Source: Candidatus Dormiibacterota bacterium (lineage in GTDB: Bacteria; Chloroflexota; Dormibacteria; Aeolococcales; Aeolococcaceae). Taken from it: DNA of 64,000 bases. Under the pieces are notes generated by a model, which was not told the origin of the DNA, did not search any database, and was given only the letters and a program-made list of their open reading frames with translations. The DNA is taken from assembly GCA_963713485.1 (NCBI GenBank), contig CAVQLW010000005.1, positions 196,052-260,051 of the forward strand, written 5' to 3'. Of the stretch, positions 56,326 to 64,000 are shown piece after piece. Position numbers and translations under genes: made by a program. The stretch's first letter is position 1, and each line of letters starts with the position of its first letter.

Positions 56326-59300
56326 CTACGCGCCGGCGCTCGTGAGGACCGGCTCCGGTGCTCCCGGCGCGTCCTCCTCGACCGCCACCCCGCCGTACAC
56401 CGCGAAGTAGCGGGCCTCGGGATGGTGCATGACGATCGCCCCGGTCGATTGCTCGGGGACGAACTGGTATCCCTCGGTGAGGGTCACCCCGATGTCGCCG
56501 GCCGGAACGATCTGCATGAGGATCTGATGGTCCTCGAGATCGGGGCACGACGGGTATCCCCATGAGTACCGCCGGCCCTGCTCCTCCCGAGCCGCAGCTC
56601 GCGGCGGATGCGGTGGTGGACGTACTCCGCGGTGGCCTCCGCCATCTGCGTGGCGAAGCCGTGGACACGGAGCATGTCGTCGTACGAGCCGTCCGCCTGC
56701 AGGCGGTTCGACAGCTCCGAGGCGGCGGGTCCGGTGGTGACCACCTGGAGCGCGATGACGTCGCGTTCGCCGTCCGCCGCGTCCTCCGCGGGACGCACGT
56801 AGTCGGCGAGGCAGAGCCGGTGCTGCTCGGCCTGGCGCGGGAACCTGAACCGCCCCAGCTCGCGGTCGATGTCGCCCGGGTCGTACACGACCACCGTGTC
56901 ACCGTCCGCGAGCGCCGGCCAGTAGCCGTACACGGCCTCGAGGCGCAGCCATCCCTCACGGGACGCCTCCTCCATCGAGCGCTGCAGCCGGGGTTCGAGC
57001 TCGGTCCGCAGCAGCTCATCCCATCGACCGGGATCGCGGACGCCGCGGAACTGCCAGCTCATCTTGAAGAGCGAGTTGCGATCGATGAACGGGTACACGT
57101 CCCAGATGGGGATGTCGCGCAGCACACGCGCACCCCAGAACGGCACGGTGGGGATCGGCGCGTCGCGACGGACCGAGCTCCGAGCCGGCATCGCGGCGGC
57201 GCCACTCGCCGCGGCGCTGCGGCGCTCGAGCTTCTCGCGCTCGCGTTCGCGGTGCACGAGCGCCTCCTCGCGCACACGCGTCAACAGCGCGTCGCGTCGA
57301 TCCGGGTCGAGCAGCTGATCCACCGTGTCGAGTCCCTCGAAGGCGTCCTTGCAGTAGAAGACACCCGGCTCGTAGGCGCGCTGCTGATCGAGGTACAGGA
57401 TCCGCCTCCCGAACCCACGGTTGATCGCAGCGCCACCGATGATCAGTGGATACGCGAGCCCGCGTTCGTCGAGCTCCTTGACGCACGCCGGCATCTGCTT
57501 GCTGGTGCTCACGAGCAGCGCCGACAAGCCGATCGCGTCGGCGCCGACCTCCTGCGCCTTGTCGATGATCGTGTTCAGCGGCACCTGCTTGCCGAGGTCG
57601 AACACCGTGTAGCCGTTGTTGCTGAGGATGGTGTTCACGAGGTTCTTGCCGATGTCGTGCACGTCGCCGTACACGGTCGCGAGCACCACCTTCCCCTTGG
57701 TGTACCCCTCGCGCTTCTCGAGGTACTGCTCGAGGTGCGCGACCGCGCGCTTCATCACCTCGGCGCTCTGCAGGACGAACGGCAGGATCAGCTCGCCGGC
57801 GCCGAAGCGGTCACCCACGTCCTTCATCGCGGGGAGGAGCACGTTGTTGAGCACCGACACCGCGTCCTGGTCGGCGAGCGCCAGGTCGATCTGCTCCTCG
57901 ATGCCGTCCTTGCGGCGGTGGAGGATCTGCGCGTGGATGCGCTCGACGGTGCTCATCCCCTCGTAGGGATCGGCGGTCTCGGGCAGACCCGTGGTGCCGG
58001 TCCCCGCGTCGGCGTCGAAGTGCGCGATGAACCTCGTGAGCGCGTCGGGTGCGCTGTTGAACACCAGCTCCTCGGCGAGCCGCCGTGCCTGCGGGTCGAT
58101 CTCGCCGTAGGGAACGACGTGCGTGGGGTTGATGATCGCGGCGTCGAGCCCCGCCTCGACGCAGTGGTGCAGGAACACGCTGTTGAGCACGGGCCGCGTG
58201 TGCGGGGCGAGCCCGAACGAGACGTTGGACACACCGAGCACCGTGAGCACGCCGGGAAGCTCGCGCTTGATGGCGCGGATCCCCTCGATGGTCTCGTGCG
58301 CCGAGTCGATCCACTCGGCCTCGCCGGTCGCGAGGGTGAACGTGAGCGCGTCGAAGATCAGCTGGTGCGGCTCGATCGCGTAGTCGTCGCGGGCGAGGTC
58401 GTGGATCCGCCGGGCGACGGCGAGCTTTCGCTCCGCGGTGCGGGCCATGCCCTCCTCGTCGATCGTGAGCGCGATGACGCACGAGCCGTGATCGCGCACG
58501 TGCGGCAGCACGGCGTCGCAGCGGAGGCGCCCGTTCTCCAGGTTGACGCTGTTGACGATCCCGCGACCGGGATACACCTCGAGGGCAGCCTCGATCACGT
58601 CGGCGTCCGTGCTGTCGATGACGAGCGGCGCGTCGACGCTCATCTGCAGCGTCTTCACGACCGTGCGCATCTGATCGGCCTCGTCGCTGCGCTCGGTGAC
58701 CGCCACGCACACGTCGAGGGCGTGCGCGCCACCCTCGACCTGGGTGCGCGCGACCCCGAGCACACCGTCGTAGTCGTCCGCGAGGAGCAGGCGCTTCACC
58801 GCGCGTGAGCCCTGCGCGTTGACGCGCTCACCGATGAGCAGTGGTGGCGGCTGCTGGCGCAGCTCGATGGCGTGCATGCTGCTCGCCAGTCGCGGCTCGG
58901 CGTCGATGGTGGTGCGTGACGCGCGCGGCGCCGCGCGCACCCGCGCGACCAGCTCGCGGATGTGCTCCGGTGTCGAGCCGCAGCAGCCGCCGACGATGTT
59001 GACGCCATACTCGTGCACGAAGCTCCCCAGTTCGTCCGCCATGGGGCACGCCTCGAGCGGGTAGTGCGCGCGCCCGTCGACGTTCACCGGCAGGCCGGCG
59101 TTGGGGATGCACGCGACGGGGAGCGCGGTGTGCGACGTGACGTACCGGATCGGCTCGCGCATGTGCTCCGGGCCGGTCGAGCAGTTGAACCCGATGATGT
59201 CGACGTGCAGCGCCTCGAGGATGGCGAGCACCGCTGCGGCGTCGGTGCCGAGCAGCATGCGGCCGGTGACGTCGAGCGAGACCGACGCCATGATCGGCAC

Positions 59301-59882
59301 CGCCCGGCCGGCCGTCGCCACCGCAGCGCGCGCGCCGAAGATTGTGGCCCTCGTCTCGAGGATGTCCTGCTGGGTCTCGATGATGAGCACGTCGGCGCCA
59401 CCCTCGATGAGCGATTCCGCCTGCTCACGGAAGACCGGTACCAGGTCGCGGAACCCGAGCCGGCTCATCGAGGGATCGCTCGATGCGGGGAGGAATCCGC
59501 TGGGGCCCATGCTCCCAGCGACGAAGCGCGCCCGTCCGTCGGCCGCGTACTCGTCCGCGACGCGGCGGGCCATCCGTGCCGCCGCGAGGTTGAGGTCCCT
59601 GGTCGCGTCGCCCTGCCCCCATTCCTCGAGACGCGGGCGGGTCGACTGGAAGGTGCAGGTCTCGATGACGTCGCAGCCGGCGTCGAGGAACGATCGGTGC
59701 ACCCGCTCGACGATCGCCGGCGCGTGGAGCACGAGGCCGTCCATCCATCCCTCGAGCGCGGCACCACCGAAGTCGTCGATGCTCGGGTTCTCGGACTGCA
59801 GGCTGGTGCCCATCGCGCCGTCGAACACGAGCACGCGGTCGCGGAGGGCGTCGATGAACGGCGATCGATCTCGGCCTGGCAT
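56326..59882 (-). CDS. metH: Cobalamin-dependent methionine synthase, with an apparent frameshift near 56575
   Basis: Complete domain order: Hcy-binding (FDGAMGT), pterin-binding, B12-binding (DxHxxG: DVHDIGKN) and AdoMet activation. The last roughly 60 residues (GYPSCPD...[10 protein letters not shown]) lie in a different frame (ORF 56326..56517). The start is taken at ATG 59882. Confidence 0.85.
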
Positions 59883-60066
59883 GCTGACGACGTTACCAGG
59901 GAACGCCTCCGTGATACGCTCGCCCACCGCCCGTTCTGCTTCGAGGAGACCCTGTTTGGCACGACGCCCACCCCGGCCTGGCAGCACCCGCCGGCGCGGC
60001 CCCGTCCGTCGACGGGACGTCACCGACGGCGCCGCTCAGGTTGAGGTCAAGGAAGAGACGATCGAG

Positions 60067-60261
60067 ATGGACGCGACCGTCGTCGAACCGTTGCCCAACG
60101 CCATGTTCAAGGTGCGCCTCCAGACGGGACAGGACGTGCTCGCGTACACCTCGGGCAAGATGCGCAAGTTCTACATCCGCATCCTCATCGGCGATCGGGT
60201 GCGCGTGGAGCTGAGTCCGTACGACCTGTCGCGCGGGCGCATCACCTTCCGCTACAAGTAG
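60067..60261 (+). CDS. infA: Translation initiation factor IF-1
   Basis: [61 protein letters not shown]. In-frame upstream codons encode conserved N-terminal residues (VKEETIE), but no canonical start codon lies upstream of ATG 60067. Confidence 0.8.
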   Translation: MDATVVEPLPNAMFKVRLQTGQDVLAYTSGKMRKFYIRILIGDRVRVELSPYDLSRGRITFRYK

Positions 60262-60276
60262 CGGCGGGGAGCCGGT

Positions 60277-60713
60277 GTGCCGGCGATCTACATCATCGCC
60301 GCGCTCCTCGTGGTGCTGTTCCTGATCGGTGCCTACCGTGCCATGGGAGCGGGCGCGACGACCGAGCACGACCCGGGCGGTGTGCTCAAGGCGGTGCTTG
60401 CGGGGGCGGGCGACGCGGCGCGCGCGCTCGGCGGGACGCCGGGGCCGGATGACGCGGGCAATGACGCACGCGCGAACCGGCGGCGCCTCGAGGGGTGCGC
60501 GCAGGCGCTCGAGGGGATCGTGGGGGCGCCTGTCGACGAGCACGTCGATGAGGCCCGGTCGCTGCTCGCGCACGCGGTCGACGAGCTGACCTGGGCCGCG
60601 AGGCTCGCCGAATCGCCGGGACACTCGAGGGACCCCGCGGTGCAGACGGCGGCGACGTCGCTGCGCGACGCGGCGGGCACGAAGCTCGAACGCGCCCGTG
60701 CCCTGCTCGGTGC

Positions 60714-60717
<4 letters not shown>
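60277..60717 (+). CDS. Hypothetical protein with an N-terminal TM anchor
   Basis: GTG start. One TM segment followed by an Ala-rich soluble domain. Confidence 0.45.
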
Positions 60718-61627
<910 letters not shown>

Positions 61628-61631
<4 letters not shown>

Positions 61632-62668
61632 GCCTCGGTGACGACCCGCTGCGCCCGCGGCGCATGCACCTGGGTGAACATGAAGACCACGAAGCCGAAG
61701 AGGACGAGGCTCGCGTAGCTGATGCTGCGGTCGAGCAGCGTGATCGACACCGCAACCGGGTTGCTCACGCCGCCGACGGTGATGAGGACGCCGACCATCC
61801 CGGCTTCGACGAGTCCGAGGCCGCCCGGAAGGAACGGCACGGTGGTGAGGAGCGCCGCGATGAGTGCGATGAGCAGGAACTGCGACGGCCCGAGGTGCAC
61901 GCCGACGAGATGCAGCGAGAGCACGACGAGGCCGAGCCGGGCACCCTCCGCTGCCCAGACCAGCAGGGTCAGCCCCAGCAGCGCCGGCAGCCGTGCGAAC
62001 GAGTCGACGGTGCCCACGCGGAGGCTCTCGTACCGGTGGAAGACGGCCTCGGGAAGCAGGCGGAGGAATCGCCGGCCCCGGCCGGCTCGCATGACGAGGA
62101 TCACGCCGACACCCGCGAGGCAGACGAGCACGCCGATCACGACGTAGGGGATGAGGATGCCGGGGGCCTTGGTCCGGAACACGACAGCGCCGGCCGCGAG
62201 GAGCAGGGCCATGAGCACGCAGAGGTCGATGAGGCGCTCGGCGATGATCGTCCCGAGCGCCTTGCTCACCTGGATGTTGAGCCTCGCCTTCGCGAGATAG
62301 GCGCGATAGACGTCGCCCATCTTCGCCGGGACCACGCAGTTCACGAAGAACGAGGTGACCATGATCGGGACGAGCGAACGCGCCGGTCGCACCTCGCCGG
62401 CGTTGCCCAGGAGGACCTGCCAGCGGACCGATCGCACCACGAACGAGGCGTAGTACACCGCGAGCGCCGCCACATAAAGGAGCAGGTTGGCGTGACGGAT
62501 GTTGTCCCACGCGGCGCCCCAGTTGATCTGGGCGCGCCACACGGCGACGCCGACGATCGCCACGGCGATGGCGAGCGAAGCGACGGTTCGGAGGGTGAAG
62601 AGGCGGCTCGACAGCGAGGGGGGGACTTCGCTTGCTTCCGGCTCGCCACGCACGAGCGTGGAGGTCAC
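61628..62668 (-). CDS. UPF0104/flippase-like (lysylphosphatidylglycerol-synthase TM-region-like) membrane protein
   Basis: Second member of this family in the window. A multi-TM protein translationally coupled to the epimerase. The GTG start at 62668 was chosen to avoid the upstream gene. Confidence 0.6.
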
Positions 62669-62735
62669 CTCGCGGACGGTATCACGCGATCGAAAAGCGC
62701 TCTCTCCTCTCGACAGGCGCGCGACAGGTCCGATA

Positions 62736-63275
62736 TCAGGCCGCGCCGGGCGGGCGTCGCATCCGGGACAGCAGCGGGCGCCGCTGGGGCACGCCGCCGC
62801 CACCGTCGATGGTGCGCTCCCGCTCCGCGAGCACCCTCGCCAGTTGATCGAGCTCGGCGTGCTCGTCGCGCTCGCCCGCGGGGCGGCTGTCCCACTGGCG
62901 GATCTGGTACACGCCCTTGAGGGCGGCGTACGGCACCGCGATCGTGCGCAGCTCGGTCGATTCGGGCTCGACGATGTGCCACACGCCCCCGTACCGGCCG
63001 AGGTGCACGTCGGAACGGATGGAGGCGCGGAGCACCATGCCGTCGGCGAAATGGAAGGCGGCGCGATCCCACGTCTTCACCTCGGCCTCAGGTGGGGCGG
63101 GCTCAGGGTCACCGACCAGGATCTGACGGATCGCCGTCACCGGGAAGAGCGCTCGCTCGCTGTTCTGGTTGATCGAGCGGAGCTCGGCGTCGAGGATCGC
63201 GAGATCGAATGTGATCTCGGGGGCTTCGGCGAGCACCACCTCGCCGTCGACGAAGTTGATAACGACGATCGGCAC
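62736..63275 (-). CDS. Hypothetical protein (179 aa)
   Basis: An ORF with good codon bias at the head of the UPF0104-epimerase run. No motif recognised. Confidence 0.45.
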   Translation of the reverse strand: MPIVVINFVDGEVVLAEAPEITFDLAILDAELRSINQNSERALFPVTAIRQILVGDPEPAPPEAEVKTWDRAAFHFADGMVLRASIRSDVHLGRYGGVWHIVEPESTELRTIAVPYAALKGVYQIRQWDSRPAGERDEHAELDQLARVLAERERTIDGGGGVPQRRPLLSRMRRPPGAA

Positions 63276-63343
63276 GTGAAAAGTGTCACATTTCGGTCAC
63301 AAGTCGCACCTGGAAACGGCCGTACCATCGTCACGGAGGCGAC

Positions 63344-63976
63344 TTGCATATCAGGGCTCGGCCACTTCCGTCTGCGCTCGACCGGACGCGCCGCCATGGC
63401 ATCGGGCTGAGACGCCCGCTCGTGATGCTGCTGGCAGGGGTGCCGCTGATGTGCGTCCTGATCGGGGCGAGCGCCACCGCGTTCGCCGCCGGCCTGTGTC
63501 CCGGACCGCCACACCGCGGATCCCATCGAGCCGACCGCTACGAGCATCGCGACGTGCGCGACGACTGCGACCGGGATGACACGCGCGTCGCGGCCGCGTG
63601 GTGGGATCGCGCGGACGACGTGGGGTCTCGCGTCTGCACGTCACCGCGACCGCGCTCCGACACGACGCCGCCACCATCACCTCCGCCGGCGCCGGTGCCC
63701 ACAGCCACGCGGCCGCCGGCGCGCAGCGTCAGCACGACGGGATCGGTCCCGCCGGCCTCAGCCCCGCCTTCGGTTCAGTCGTTACGCCCCGCGCCCCCGC
63801 CGACCGTGCGCCAACCACCGGTGCTCGCTCCGCCCGCGTTGACGGTGCCACCCTCGCCGGCAATCGCGGCGCCGGCATCGGTCCCGGTGTCCATCTACGT
63901 CATCACGATCGCGACACTGCTCGCGGCTGCGGTGATCGCCGTCGCGGCACTCGTCCTTGTCCGGCGCGCCGACTGA
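63344..63976 (+). CDS. Hypothetical proline-rich secreted/membrane protein (possible Tat-like RRPLV signal, C-terminal TM)
   Basis: N-terminal hydrophobic signal after an RR, a Pro/Ser/Thr-rich low-complexity middle and a C-terminal TM helix. Confidence 0.4.
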   Translation: MHIRARPLPSALDRTRRHGIGLRRPLVMLLAGVPLMCVLIGASATAFAAGLCPGPPHRGSHRADRYEHRDVRDDCDRDDTRVAAAWWDRADDVGSRVCTSPRPRSDTTPPPSPPPAPVPTATRPPARSVSTTGSVPPASAPPSVQSLRPAPPPTVRQPPVLAPPALTVPPSPAIAAPASVPVSIYVITIATLLAAAVIAVAALVLVRRAD

Positions 63977-64000
63977 CCGGTGCCGATGCGTCGTCTCCGC

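Noticed and set aside
59883-60066. B12 or SAM riboswitch in the metH leader
   Set aside because: No recognisable B12-box or SAM-I/SAM-IV core could be picked out by eye. The region is mostly an Arg-rich open frame. A covariance-model scan would be needed, so it is not claimed.

Overview
This is a very GC-rich (roughly 70%) chromosomal segment of Actinomycetota type, densely packed with housekeeping genes on both strands and showing no transposases, integrases, prophage genes or CRISPR arrays; the taxonomic placement is an inference from gene content and codon bias only. Recognisable content, in order: an LLM/F420-type oxidoreductase; a VapB/VapC toxin-antitoxin pair with an operator palindrome; tRNA-Val(CAC); gcvT-gcvH; a penicillin-acylase-family Ntn hydrolase; a GH15 glycosidase; a secreted coiled-coil/glucosaminidase gene; rsmG; a MurE-like Mur ligase; a triple AT-hook protein; a rhodanese-ThiF (MoeZ-like) fusion with reversed domain order; Trm112 and an alpha/beta hydrolase; a DEAD-box helicase; a HAD phosphatase; hbd-fumC translationally coupled to an orphan histidine kinase; dnaB-rplI; the CCA-adding enzyme coupled to an LprG-like lipoprotein and P55-like MFS pump; an SDR/GNAT/CaCA/NUDIX/site-2-protease run; an ArsA/Get3-like ATPase beside a tail-anchored protein; a tightly coupled hom-thrC-thrB-ask-ychF-lipoate-ligase operon; a NarL-type two-component system beside an orphan family-5 solute-binding lipoprotein; tldD/tldE; a glutamine amidotransferase; GT39-like and GT87-like glycosyltransferases; a thiolase; a receiver-only response regulator; metH; infA; and a GalE-like epimerase with a UPF0104 membrane protein. 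The most striking cross-cutting observation is at least five apparent single-base frameshifts in otherwise intact conserved genes (tldD, metH, a histidine kinase, the glucosaminidase and a membrane protein), mostly at short homopolymer runs. This pattern looks like consensus indel errors rather than genuine pseudogenes. No single obviously novel multi-gene system stands out; the candidates worth follow-up are the ArsA/Get3-like ATPase with its tail-anchored neighbour, the reversed rhodanese-ThiF fusion, the AT-hook repeat protein, the orphan solute-binding protein beside the two-component system, and a 385-bp lower-GC intergenic region carrying direct repeats.
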